Of a DNA stretch of 64,000 nt, positions 1 through 12,600 are shown piece by piece. The notes under the pieces were generated by a model. That model had not been told where the DNA came from, did no database searches, and worked only from the letters and a program-made list of their open reading frames with translations. Origin of the DNA: Takakia lepidozioides (Eukaryota > Plantae > Bryophyta). Both the position numbers and the translations under genes were made by a program. The stretch spans positions 1,736,001 to 1,800,000 of the forward strand of contig CM060734.1 in NCBI GenBank assembly GCA_030704615.1, read 5' to 3'. Every line of letters begins with the position of its first letter. Positions within the stretch are counted from its first letter, which is position 1.

Positions 1-1170
1 CAGAACCAAAACATCTGCATTGTGGCGTGAGAGAATGTGGGAGTCAAAAATCGGCCGTTGAAACAAGGTGCAGGTACAGCACCGTGTGGGTTCCTCCGAA
101 TCATCTCACCACAGCGTGCTCTGGTATCCACCCGGATGGCGCAACACTTCGAAATGCCGGCAATGTCCTTGCAATTCTCCACTGTGACTCCGACACTCTT
201 GTCTCCACAATGGGTATGTTGTACTGTGTTACTACAGATGGCTCGTTTTGTTCCTCGGGCACGTGCCCTGTGCTCAAAAGAAATGACGATCTTGAACGTG
301 CAGGACTTGCGGTGTTCGACAAGACCTCCTCAGGCAACATCACGGGACCACGAGGGAGCGTGCGAATATTCTTGTCAGCTCGCCATGAATCCTCTTCACC
401 GCCAGGTGCCTCGTCAAGTCTTCATCTCACTGGACGGGTGTGAACATCTCCTTCCAAGTGTTGGTCTCTTCGAAGCAATGGCGTGTCCCGAAGGCCCTCT
501 CGCAAGGCTGCCGCCCACTTGCGAGGATTCTTCGATCTAGAGGTAGTCTGCATCAGCATTTCCTGCCTGTCCGGCCCCAAGCCCCACTGTTTCCCTTTCA
601 AGAACTCATTGTACCTGCATTGCTACATAATTGACCTGACAATGTCCTCCGTTGTGGCAGTGAGGATGTCCACCAGGTGCGCCGCAGAGGAGGCACGCCA
701 GGAAGAATGTACTGATTTGGCCATGTTTGTTGTCGCTATGTCGGTGTCGGAGTCCAGACACATTTCCTGCACATGCACATGTTGAGGTTACAAGCAAGTT
801 ACAAATAACGAGTAGCATAATATTCAACGGGACGCGAATTCGTCCAACTCACCTCCCGCATATAGTCGCCGAACTGGAGGAAACGATAATGCCACCATGC
901 TATCCAACTGACCATTGCTCCCTCGTCTGATTTCTTTACAGCACCTGACGTTGTCCACCAAGCCCGTATACATGCAAATTGTGTCTCTACATCATCCAAG
1001 GTGGGAGCACGCTTCCACGCAAGACACATGGAACGGTGCTCCTCTCTGAAATCTGGCCGCACAAGCCGGGTTTTGTAGTGCGACAAGCTCTGCAGAAAAT
1101 GGAACCCACGAGATCTCTCCTTGCCTTCCATCAGAACATTGGGGTCTTCGTACACCCTTCGGATGGCAGC
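1..1170 (-). pseudogene. MULE (Mutator-like) transposase, 3' part, copy 1 (runs off window start)
   Basis: Minus-strand translation AAIRRVYEDPNV..RSRGFHFLQS..WWHYRFLQFG..., then PEEVLSNTASP..IVETRVSESQWRIART; clearly homologous to the + copy at 2285-4035. The 5' half is missing. Confidence 0.75.
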
Positions 1171-1324
1171 CCAATTTCCACCATATGGATATTTGCAATT
1201 GCATTTTGATACATTAGACTTTGTTTTGCAGTGTAATGAATTGCACCCCAAAACTCCTTGAATGAAACAGACAATATTAAAGTGATGTCTTTTAAACACT
1301 ATGGACTGCTGGGTATCCGTTGAC

Positions 1325-1988
1325 GTCCAGTGGCAATTCAATGACGAAACAGAATCAATACAAAGATGGCGGCAGGAAAAGTTTGCAAATCTTCCAGAAA
1401 ACTGAGTTCCAACAGTTGCAGTTGAGGGGGCCATTTCTGGAAAAATGGTGCCGAATTTCCCTATTTTGGGCCGAAAACTGGCTAAATCCCGACATTGTCT
1501 GGAAACGATGTGTGGAAAAATGGCGCCAAATTTCCAGTTACATGACCCATAACTGCCCAACATTTGTGCAATGCCCGGCACCATGTACTGAAATTCGGCG
1601 CCACATTTCCAAATTTTGGGCGTACACTTTAATCAAGTTGGGACCTATAACCGCGAAATTCGGCACCATTTTTCGCCGGAGACACCTATTACCGCGCAAT
1701 ACGTCGCCGATTTCTCCGCTTGCGAAACCTATTACCGCGAAATTCGGGGCCCATTTTTTGCAGATGTCACTCGGAATTCCCATGAGCGGAAGACGAAATA
1801 TCATGAGCACGGCTCTCAAAACTACAATTTCTACTTCAAACAATGAATATATATATATTTTTCTGACACATTCCATTAAAATAATGTTTTTTATGTTTTT
1901 TATTTCCAGAATTTGTACTTCTGCTCATGAAAACCGATTGTCTTACTACTCCGCTCATGCCGCTCATGCTCATGAAATAGCTAACCTC
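1325..1988. repeat. Long terminal (inverted) repeat of MULE copy 1
   Basis: Similar to 4040-4587, with internal CCGCGAAATTCGGC repeats. Both end in GCTCATGCCGCTCATGCTCATGAAATAGCTAACCTC. It lies 5' of a minus-strand transposase here and 3' of a plus-strand transposase at 4040-4587, which is TIR geometry. Confidence 0.65.
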
Positions 1989-2284
1989 TTGTGGCTAGAT
2001 GATGTAGTTTCTCGATTGTCATTGTTGGCTTAAGAGCCCGTGAGTAGTGCTTTCCCACCTCCACAAGAAAGTCGTCACCGAGTGCGGGATTAGCAATGGC
2101 CACGTACTTCACCATCCGAGACTTGTACTTGAGACGCGCCTTTGCTCGGCAGCGCTAACATACGATTCGAGTGCACCCAGGGTCAATTTCTTTTCCTCTG
2201 ACTCCATGTAGAACCTCCTCGCATGTGCCAAATCTTGGTCAATTCTAGTCTGTCAGCAAAGCACATAGCAATTACAAAGTTCTT

Positions 2285-4035
2285 TTGCCAGACCTCACAC
2301 GAGCTTGCATACACATTGGTGTGCAATGTCACAAATTGGCGAGGGGGAACTCGCGGGAGGCTGCCCAGGAGGCAAAGCGGCTCATTCAGGAGGAGGTCAA
2401 GTTGAGACCTGGTGCCAAACCCAAACAGATACAGCTGCAGGCCGCCCACAAGATGGCTCCGACAGACTTTCCTCTGGATGAAAAGGAAATTGAGGCATTG
2501 CTGGAGTCGGTGTCCCACGTCTGCTCCCCCAATGTCCACAACCACATTGTATCCTGCAAACAAAAAATTGGGCGAGGATCGGATATGCAGTCCATTCTGG
2601 AGGTGAAGCGACGATGTGGATATGACTACATTCATAGAAGTCGTTTTCCAGGACAAGGGAGTGAGGCAGGTCATTGTTTCATCTTCAAAATGTCCACGTG
2701 TGGGCCTGGCAGCGGCGTGGAGCTGGTCCACCGGATGACGAGTGGAGACTTGTCAAACACTAGTTGGGTCATATTCGACCATATCAAGCGCATTACAAAT
2801 CACCAGTGGGTGACAATGGGTGCACATGTCTACGACACTCGTTGCAAGATGCTAATGACCATTGCTATTTGTGAGATGAAAGGGGAAGACACACAATCCG
2901 AGATGCATCTTTGGCAGGGAATAAACGAGCAGATGGCCAGGGCGGGATTACCCCCGCCGAATTTTCGTGGTTTCATGGCGGACAACGCACAAGCAAGTTG
3001 GGCTGCAGCGCGAAGGGTGTACGGGGAAAACCCGAATGTTCCAATGGAAGGAAATGAGAGATCTTGTGGGTTCCATTTTCTGCAGAGCATGTCGCAGTAC
3101 ACAGATAGACTCGTGGCGCCAGAATTCAGAGAGCGCCACCGTTCCATGTGTCTTACATGGAAGAATGCTCCCACCTTGGATGATACAGAGACAAAGTTTG
3201 CATATATACGAGCTTGGTGGACAACGTCAGGTGCTATAAAGAAATCAGACGATGGAGCAATGGTCAGTTGGCTTGCATGGTGGCATTATCGCTTCCTCCA
3301 GTTCGGCGAGTGTATGCGGGAGGTGAGTTTAACGATTTCACGTCCCCAAGAATATTATGGTTGTCAAGCTTTGTAAGTTGCTTCTAACCTGTGAATGTGC
3401 ATGCACAGGAGATGTGTCTGGACTCCGACACCAACATGCCGACAACAAACATGGCCGAATCAGTGCATTCTTCATGGCGTGCGTCCTCTGCGACGTATCT
3501 AGTGGATATCCTCACTGCCACAATGGAGGACATTGTGAGGTCAATCATGCAGCAATGTAGATATAACGAGTTCTTGAAAGGGAAACAGTGGGGCTTGGGG
3601 CCGGACAAACAGGAAATGCTGATACGCAGTGCCTCCAGATCCAAGAATCCTCGGAAGTGGGCAGCAGCCTTGCGGGAGGGCCTTCGAGACACGCCATTGC
3701 TTCGAAGAGGCGAGCACCTGGAAGGAGATGTTCACACCCGTCCAGTGAGACGACGACTTGACGAGCCACCGGGAGGAGAAGAAGATTCATGGCGAGCTGA
3801 CAAGAATATTTGCACGGTCCTTTGAGGTCCGGTAATGTTGCCCGAGGACATCTCCTCCAGCACCGCATGCTCTGCACGTTCCAGATCGCCATCTCCTTTG
3901 AGCACAGGGCACGTGCCCGAGGAACATTCCGAGCCATCTGTTGTCACGCAGTACAACATACCCATTGTCGAGACAAGAGTGTCGGAGTCACAGTGGAGAA
4001 TTGCAAGGACAATGCCTGGATTTCGAGGCTATTGA
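2285..4035 (+). pseudogene. MULE transposase copy 2 (DDE), phase-0 intron 3323-3408, premature stop 3823-3825, both ends truncated
   Basis: Motifs VIFDHIKR (D), FRGFMADNAQA (D), RSCGFHF (CxxH), PTTNMAESVHSSW (E). The GTGAGT...CTAAC...CAG intron joins ORF 2285-3376 to ORF 3391-3825 in frame; ORF 3835-4035 is in the same frame. Confidence 0.8.
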
Positions 4036-4039
4036 GATC

Positions 4040-4587
4040 CACTAGCAGTTCAATGTCGAAACAGAATCCATAATAAGATGACGGCAGGATGAATTTGCAG
4101 AAGTACCCAGAAAACTAAGTACTAGTTGTGGGGGCCATTTCTAGAAATATGGCGCCGAATTTCTAGATTTTGGGCCCAAAACTGGCTAAGTTCCAGCATG
4201 TCTGGGAAACATGTAACGAAAAATGGTGCCGAATTTCCAGTAATGTGGCCGAAAAGTTCCAAATATCTGTGCACTTGTAGGCACCATCTCCCGAAATTCG
4301 GCGCCGCATTTCCAATTCTTGCACCAACTTACTTGAATGGAAGGGACCTATAGCCGCGAAATTCGGCACCATTTTAACTAAGGTCGCTCGCATTTTCCAT
4401 GAGTGCAAGATTTTTTTTCATGAGCACTCCTCCAAAAACTTCAATTTCACTTTCACAGAATATATATTATAACATTATTTCTCTAACACAATCCATTAAA
4501 ACAATATTTTTAAAAATTTTAAATCCAAAAAATTAAACTTATGCTCGTGCCGCTCATGCCGCTCATGCTCATGAAATAGCTAACCTC
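4040..4587. repeat. Long terminal (inverted) repeat of MULE copy 2
   Basis: Homologous to 1325-1988; terminus ...ATAGCTAACCTC at 4587 (reads GAGGTTAGCTAT inward). Confidence 0.65.
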
Positions 4588-5769
4588 CCAGAACTCTGAC
4601 ATGCATCAGCCTCTACCCCTGGCCTTTTCGTACCCCACAGTTCATTACCTCCCAGACATGTCACCCCCCCTTACTCTTTACAATACCCAACATCATAAAA
4701 AAACCTACCAATACCAGCCTATCTCTCTTCTCCCTCTCCTGCCAATGTGCTTGATCCCTCCCTTCCCCCTTGTCACCTGGCCCCACAACTCTGCCTCTGA
4801 TCAATGGCCTGCTCCTGCTCACCACACTTGGTTCCCCAATTTATATTCCGCTGGCTTTTTCTCCCAGTATGGGCCATTTACTCTCTTCCCAAATTAATGT
4901 TGCCTCACTTTGCATATTCCCATAATAGGCCTTACAGTGCCCTCGCTGTATGCCCCATGTTCACCACCTGCTCAACCCTGTCACATCCAATTAGTACTGC
5001 CTCGTATTCATACCCAAGAGCCCAAAGATGCCCCAACTATCTCACCCTCTCCTGCTGCCAAAGCATTCTGCTATTCCACCTTACCCCACTGCCCCAAAAC
5101 ACTGCCATTGGCATCCTCTATGGCCTCAGCTCAATCCCCGGTTCCTTCACTCTATGTACTCAGTCAGTAACCTCCCTTACCCATTCCACCCAATTCACCC
5201 CCCCACACAAGTGAGTGCCACGGCCTGTCTCTTCTCACCCCGTCCTGCCCATCTGCTGCCCCAACCTCAGGTCCCCTTCTTCCTACTATACTTTCCAGCT
5301 TCCCTTTAGCAACTATCTGTCCAACCCAACACCCACCCAGCTACCCACAAGCCAGCTAACCTTAATCCTATCTGCCTAGACTCCGCTAGACCTATTTTGA
5401 GCAGCCCCTCTTCCAAGTCTACCACCCCCCACCGGGGCTGCCACATTCATAATAGCCACCACCCTAATAGTCTACCCCCCTCTTTACAATCTTGCCACAA
5501 TGCCCGTACCCCTCTTAGCATATACAATATGATCTCACTCTACACTACATCTCGTTCTAACCCTTACTTCCTGATTGCAGGCTATCCATACAACACTTAC
5601 CGCACAACACACCCACACTTCCCCCTATGGGGCTTTCTCACACAATGGTCCTCTATATTCCACTCAGTCAGTTACATATGCCCCGCATATGTCCATTCAA
5701 ATAATTTGCAAAAAGCTTCCACACCCCTATCAATTATGCATATATGTTACTCGTACGAGGCCGGCCTTG

Positions 5770-6440
5770 GCATCAGCGTTGTCTTGAGCATGGTATTGTC
5801 GAGCAAGAATGGATTGAGCAAAGCCCCCGCATAATGCAAGTCCGTTCAAACCATCGACCAACGCTCGTAAAATGCATCCTTGGAACTGTCCGCAAGCTCA
5901 GGTTCCAAGGAGAAATGAGGATGCCTCAAGGCAGTAAGGTGACTCCAGCTACACCTTAAACTGCTATCTCTACAGTAGGTCAGCCATTTCAAAATTGTTT
6001 GAAACTTTTTGCTATAGGCAGTTTTTACTATTAGGTATCATGTTTTCTCATTTCTAAGAGCCTAGAACTAAGAACCATCCATAAAGTACCCAAAGATGGT
6101 GGGTGGGTGGATTTTTTGGCACTTAGCATGTTCCTCAGAGCAGTTTCTTAATATTTGTCATGTACTAAGAGAAATACACAGCAGCAATAGTGCCAAGCTA
6201 TCTGTATTCAACAGGGCTACTAGCTGACAATAAAGTCTGAGATATAAAGCAATGACAAGACAGTAGGTATTGACATGCTTCTCTAGATTTTGCATTAGTA
6301 ACCATGCATTGCTCATTACTGGTTGCTTCCCATCAAATTCCCGCAAAACAATTAGCACCGGCTCTACCTGCACAGCCCGCGCACAATGTTAGCCCTGGCC
6401 TTATTTTCAAACTCCACCCTTTTGGCAAGCATGGCATCCA
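5770..6440 (-). pseudogene. hAT transposase fragments
   Basis: Minus-strand EPVLIVLREFDGKQPVMSNAWLLM and TDLHYAGALLNPFL, typical plant hAT motifs, separated by unrelated sequence. Confidence 0.6.
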
Positions 6441-6469
6441 CAAAGTGTTGGGCCAATCAGTAGGCTCTG

Positions 6470-8959
6470 CTATAGGAGCCAGCAAAAGAGTATTAAGTAC
6501 AGCTGAGTACGAGCCTTTCCAAAGTGCAACTCAAAAGGAGAATACCTGGTGGTAGAATGCACAGAAGTCCGATAAGCAAAAATCAAAGTAGGTAAGGTAG
6601 TATCCCAATCACCCAAGATTGACCCTGTTTTCTCGAGCATAGCGCACATGGTGTGATTGAACCTTTCAGTTAGGCCATTGCACTGAGGATGATAGGGTGT
6701 TGTCGTCCAATGTTTGACACCCAGGTTAAAGCATACAATCTGCATGAGCTGGTTACAAAATTCAAAGCCTTGATCCGTGAGGATCTCTTGGGGACAACCA
6801 TGGCGCAAGATGACCTCATTGAAAAAGAATTGTGCCACTGTGTCAGCATCCTTAGCAGCCAAGGGTTGGACCTCCACCCATTTAGACAGGTAATCAGTTG
6901 CCACAGCAATGTAACAATGTCCCTTAATCGTAGGCTGGAGTCGCCCAACAAGATCTAAGCCCACTTTGGCGAATGGTTCAGACACCGGAATGGGTTGCAA
7001 GGCAAGTGAAGGACGGGCCCTAGGAAGCAGTGTCTTAGAATGGCACTCCACACATCTGGAAACATAATCAGTAACATCTTGAACCATCCCCTTCCAATAA
7101 TACTGCTCTTGAAGTCTTTTCAGGGTACGAGTGATGCCCAGGTGCCTAGCAAAGGTAGATGAATGATAGAGCTCAAGCAAGGCTGAAATAAAATCCCTCT
7201 TAGGAACCTCCACAGCAGTAATCTGACCTTCCAAAGCAATCCTTTTAAACAGTTTACCTTCACGCACCTCATGATAGGGAAAATGATAGTTAACCTGCCG
7301 CTGGATTGCTTTGGTGGTGCCTACAAAGTGAGTGCCGGTCAAGCACTTGTGGAGCAATGCCTCATGCAATTGATTCTCCATGTCTGTATTACACATGACC
7401 AGAACAAAATGGGTTAATTCAAGAATGGAGGAGTGTCCGCCCCAAGTTATCTCCTTCACCATATTACCTTGAACCACATCAATGTCTGGTCTAAGGCAGG
7501 GACAGGCAGGGCTGGAAGTTCAATGCCCTAAGGGGAAGAGAAAACAATCACAAAAAAAACAAACAAAACAAAAAACAATGTCACTTCTGAGTAACACCCT
7601 TGCAACTCTGATCACTACAAAACCAGATCTACTGCACACCCTAACACCCAAAGAAAATTAGCCAGTGTCAAAAGCCATGAGATCCCAAGTGTCAAGCAAG
7701 TCAATGGGCCTAGGCATCTCATCAAGAAGGCTGCAAAATAATAGCTGATATGTAGCAGGAGTGGAAGCAATCACAGGTGCAGGCATGGCAATCAGATCAT
7801 CAACAGATGAGTAAGAGGTGGGAACCTTTGTTTCCCCTCTGGTCAATGCATCAGCATTACCATTCTCCTTTCTTTTCTTATAAACAATATCATACTCAAA
7901 ACCCTGTAGAAGAAGAGACCAGCGAGCCAAGCGATCTGATAATCCCCTTGGGGTCTTCAAGGCCTTAAGAGGCAGGTGGTCAGTTTCAACAGTAAAATAG
8001 CAACCATGCAAATACTGACGAAAGTGCTTTACATCAAAAATTACAGCTAACCCTTCCTTGTCTGTAATACTATAGTTGCGTTCATGTTTGTCCAACCTCC
8101 TTGAAGCATAAGCAACAACATGTTCACGCCCCTCCTTCTTTTGACTCAAAATTGCTGAGACAGCTAGATCACTGGCATCTATCTGTAACAAAAATGGAAG
8201 AGAAAAATCAGGAAAGATAAGTATGGGAGCAGATGTTAAGGCTATCTTCAATCTCTCAAAGGCCAAGGCCTCTGGCTTACCCCACTGGAATTTAACATCT
8301 TTGCATAGCAAGTAAAACAAGGGACCAGCCAGCTTAGCAAAGTGTAGAATGAACCTTCTATAGTAAGAGGCTAGACCCAAAAAGGCTCTTAGACTGTGCT
8401 TGTCCTTGGGAATAGGGAAGTCCCAAATAGCTTGGACTTTGGACATATCAGGTTTGATCCCCTCCGCACAAAGAATGTGACAAGAATGTGACCCAAGAAC
8501 TTGAGCTTAGCCATGCAAAAGTCACACTTTTTAGCCTTTACCTTCAACCCAACAGCTCGAAGACGGCTCATTACCCGCTGTAGGTCCAACAAGTGGAGCC
8601 TCAGAAATGTAGCAGTAGCATTACATAATCCAAAAGGCATCGTTTCGTATTGAAACATGCATACCTGCAAGTAAATGCAGTTTTTCTTTGGATTTAGGAG
8701 TAAGAGGCACTTGCCAGAAGCCTGAAGCAAGATCAAGATAGGAGAAAATCGTAGCTCCGTTAAGCTGGTCCAAAGTTTCGTTAATACGAGGCAAGGGATA
8801 TACATCATTTTTGGTCATGGCACTCAACCTCCTAAAATCCACACAAAAGCGAGTCGAGCCATCCTTTTTACTTACCAAGACTATGGGACTGGCCCATGGA
8901 AATACAGATGGTTTAATGACCCCTGCATCCAGCATCTTAGTAATTTCCTCTTTGATCAC
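6470..8959 (-). mobile_element. pol: Degenerate Ty3/Gypsy pol remnant (RT-RNase H-integrase)
   Basis: PWASPIVLVSKKDGSTRFCVDFRRL, DASDLAVSAILSQ, ETDHLPL, HLGITRT..C..C, GLDLVG, ILTDQG, PQCNGLTER. Gypsy domain order; several frameshifts and deletions; no LTRs recognised. Confidence 0.9.
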
Positions 8960-9170
8960 TGCTCGTTATCGTGCAAATATGCAAGGACAATGCGCTAACA
9001 TGAGGAACACTGTAGACATGTTATTGGCACAATATCCCCATATGTACTACCAAGGTTGTGCAGCTCATATCCTTGACCTCTTTTTGGAAGATTGGGGAAA
9101 AAAACAGTGGGTGAAACAACTTGTGCGGCGAACGAAGACCGTTGTGTCGTTCATCCGTACACAGGCATGA
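8960..9170 (+). pseudogene. hAT transposase fragment (DUF659-like region)
   Basis: YPHMYYQGCAAHILDLFLEDWGK..VRRTKTVVSFIR, the CxxH motif of plant hAT transposases. Confidence 0.7.
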
Positions 9171-9531
9171 ACCAAAATACAGCCTCCGGAATCCAGGCGA
9201 AAGGCTCGTAACTACAACAAGAAAGTTCACTTACTCGGAAGAATTCTTGGTGGGCAAACTGTGTGTGTCCGTCTGCAACTTGGGAATTTATATCCAAAGC
9301 TTCGAAGCACATTGAGGGCCCTTATCTCATCACTGAAAAGCTTCGTGGGAGAAAATTCATGTTGCTTCCCCAACATCATTCCACACCGCACATACCTCAC
9401 CCAGTGCATGTGGACTCTTTGGTTCACAACAAATTGGTCTTCGATCTTACCTGCTTAAATGTGGAAGGCAGGACGACAGGCTGATCTTTGTGTGTGTTTG
9501 AGTGCAGGGATTGAGGCTGAAGTGTTGCAGC

Positions 9532-9645
9532 CTTGTGTCTTTTCTGGTGGTCCAAGCTATGGCCATCTCTTGTGTCTTTTCTGGTGGTCCAAGCTGTGGC
9601 CATCTCTTGTGTCTTTTTTTGGTGGTCCAAGCAGTGTCCATCTCT
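9532..9645. repeat. Tandem repeat, ~37 bp x 3
   Basis: Unit CTTGTGTCTTTTCTGGTGGTCCAAGCT(A/G)TGGCCATCT. Confidence 0.85.
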
Positions 9646-12600
9646 GGTGTTTGTGTGGTAAGCAAATAATGGTATGCTTCAAACCAGCGACATCTAGTGT
9701 TAGAGGAGGTGGAGAACCTTAGCACAGGCTTTAGCTTCGTGTTAGTTTCTGCATCACTGTTGTAACATGATTGCGGTTTTTCCCCAGCAACTTTTGTCCT
9801 TAGCCCACTTTGCAAGTGCAAGGTTTTCTCGCTGAGGGTTTTTTCATCCCTCTCACGCCGGATGCTAGTATTAGGCTTGGTATGATTTCATAGCTTCGGC
9901 AGTTAGTTATTTCTGTTAGCTCACGGAGCTCGCTTTCCAAGCGGGGCAAGCTTCACATATGTATAGCTCCAGATTCTCTGGCAGTGCATATGCTCTCCTG
10001 TCAGTCCCTTGGACGAAAAGCAGGGGTTGTTGGATATTAATGGCGACAGAGACTATCTTTGGTTATATGATTGTCCTACACTAACAGTCATGAGATAAGC
10101 CAACCTGGATACTGAGCGATGTGAGGTCTTGTAATCTGCATGTCCAATGAGAGTGCTGCATCTGGATCTCCAGATTAGCCTCTCAGGATTATTTAAATGA
10201 AGAGTTCATCATGCTTAGGCATGATGTTTTTTTTATGATCAACCTGGTGCTCTGGATGTGCGTGTGCTTCTGGATGAAACAGTTTGATGCTCTGTAGTGT
10301 ATTGTGATTGGTCTAGTTGGCTTGTGCTCTGCGATAGATCCTTCCTTATCAGCTTAGCAAGGTTCTATAGCGTACATTTCCTTGTTGTTGGTGTTGGGTT
10401 GCAAATATATGAGCGGTGGATGTTTGTTCATATATACGTGGCGATTCATAATTGGCCCAAACAAGAGCCCTCTTTTGTAAATTCTACTATTGGATTTAAA
10501 GTTTGTTTTTACCAGACTCACTATTGTAGTACTGCACACCCTCAACCACGGAGATGAGTGAAACATCTAATTATAAAGGAGCTAATTCTTGCGATTGGCT
10601 CGCCCTGAATGGCTAATCTATGGAGATCATTTTGACCCCCCCCCATAAGCAATTTGACAGTACTTAGCTAGGATACCATACCACATTTCTATGTGGGAGG
10701 TAGGAGCAGGAAAAATCATCCCGTCACTTAAAAAGCTTGGTCAAAGCTCAAGTTTCATACTTTGCAAAATCCAAAAACAAGAACCCCCCCTTAAGACACT
10801 AAAATCTCTCTTGTCGTGTGGTGAGGTTCTCCGCAATTTGCTTGGCTGATGCACATGGGTAGACAAGGTGAACATGGTAAGGTTCAAATTTTTGGATCTA
10901 GTATGGTAAGTGTGTAGCCTCAATTAGCTCGCCATACGTTACTTTTCTGGGGCTGAAACTTGCCCAATGGTGGGCCCTTAAGGGTTGAGGAGATAACAGA
11001 GTTTCGTTTTCTTTTTTATTCCCAAGAAAACACCAACCCCATGGGCCTTTGAGGGGAAAAATAAACCCCCTTTTTGAGCCATGGAGGCATTAACAGTTTT
11101 AAATTTTAACAAATGCATGGAATACATGCAAGCCTTGCCCCTATCTGATCATTCCCAAATCAATTATTACCATGGATTGGGGTACTTATTGGTATTACAA
11201 AACAAGCAATTAATGTCCTGCTTTGCCAATTTTTTGCAACTGATGTTACTAGACAGTCATTTATCTAGTCTATTGACCGGATGAACTCCGTCCTGTTTAC
11301 ACATTTCATCTGCAAATATGCATGAATATTCCATCTACACCTATTTTCACCTAATTCGTTTGCCAATCTAGAGTACACGTGGTCATATCAAAACCTTTTG
11401 CACAGTCCTACCTAGGGCAGGGTCAATAACGTCTTCGAGGGCTTCCTCCTCCCTGTATTTTGAAAAACAAACAAAAAAAACAATTAGCAAGGTAGATCCA
11501 ATATGGGTGGATGAGAGGGTAGGCACAAAGCACAGTTGAAGTCTATGGAAAGCCTGGATGTGGTATTGTCAAAACACAGTTATGAGCCCATCCAAGCGCG
11601 GATAGGATTGTTGCCCCTCCCTTGTTTTGAGGCTTGAAAGTGGGAATGGAGTCTGAAAATCAAAACACAAATGTGTCCTTCATTCATCATCTGGAACAAT
11701 GCCAAGCTGTCTGTCCTTGACTCAATCAACCCTAGAATGTCAGCCCTAAAATGTCAGCAATGTGGAAATTCTCATCACATTCAACGCTGCAATCGCTTCT
11801 CCTTCTGCTTTTCTCGCTGCCACCAAAACTACTGGACAAAACCAAATAATGCCCACGCGTCCAAGTTGTAGCCCGCTGGTAATGGGCACATACCACCTCT
11901 CAAGTGGTTGTGGGTTCAATCCACCAGTTTGTGTCACAAAAGTGTCCACCTTCGCACCGGAAGGCAGTAGCCCGTGCGGGCGACCATCCCATTCACTTCA
12001 ACCGGACCGTCCCATTAGTTTCGCCAGAATGATCATATTTCGCCATTGCATGGATGGATGAGTAAATGGATGGAAAGAAGGATGTATGGTGGTGCAGCCA
12101 CGACGTTGACAACTCGCATTGGGCGTGGCTACCATGAAGGCCGCGGAGGCAAAGCGCCACGTGCAGCTCTGGCAGTAGTACTGTCCCGACATTCCTGCTC
12201 CTTTGCCCACTTGCGTCGCTCCCCGGTTCGCATGGGCTCCGACCAGCGTCCGGGAAATAATTTCAGTTGAACCAGCCAGTAGCCGCTCATTCCCAGCAGC
12301 AATCGGCTAAGTGGGTTGGGCAGTCGGCTGCTGCCCCTTAGTGGTAACTATACCCGGTCAATTTTCGAGATAAATTCTTTACAACCGGGTAATATTCCTA
12401 ATGATTTATTTTGTGTTCAGCTATAAATCCGGCCCTTATAAATATCAACCGGTTGACAACACAAGTGTCAAATGCACAACAATAAGTAAATAATAATAAT
12501 AATAAATAATCACAACCAGTTTTAAGCAATTCAAACAAGTGAAGAACATTGTATCCTCATAGAAGTTGGACCTGTCAATGCCTTCAAACCACATGGAGGC

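Noticed and set aside
4600-5750. ORFs in the C/T-rich region
   Set aside because: Compositionally biased with no recognisable motif; probably decayed repeat sequence.
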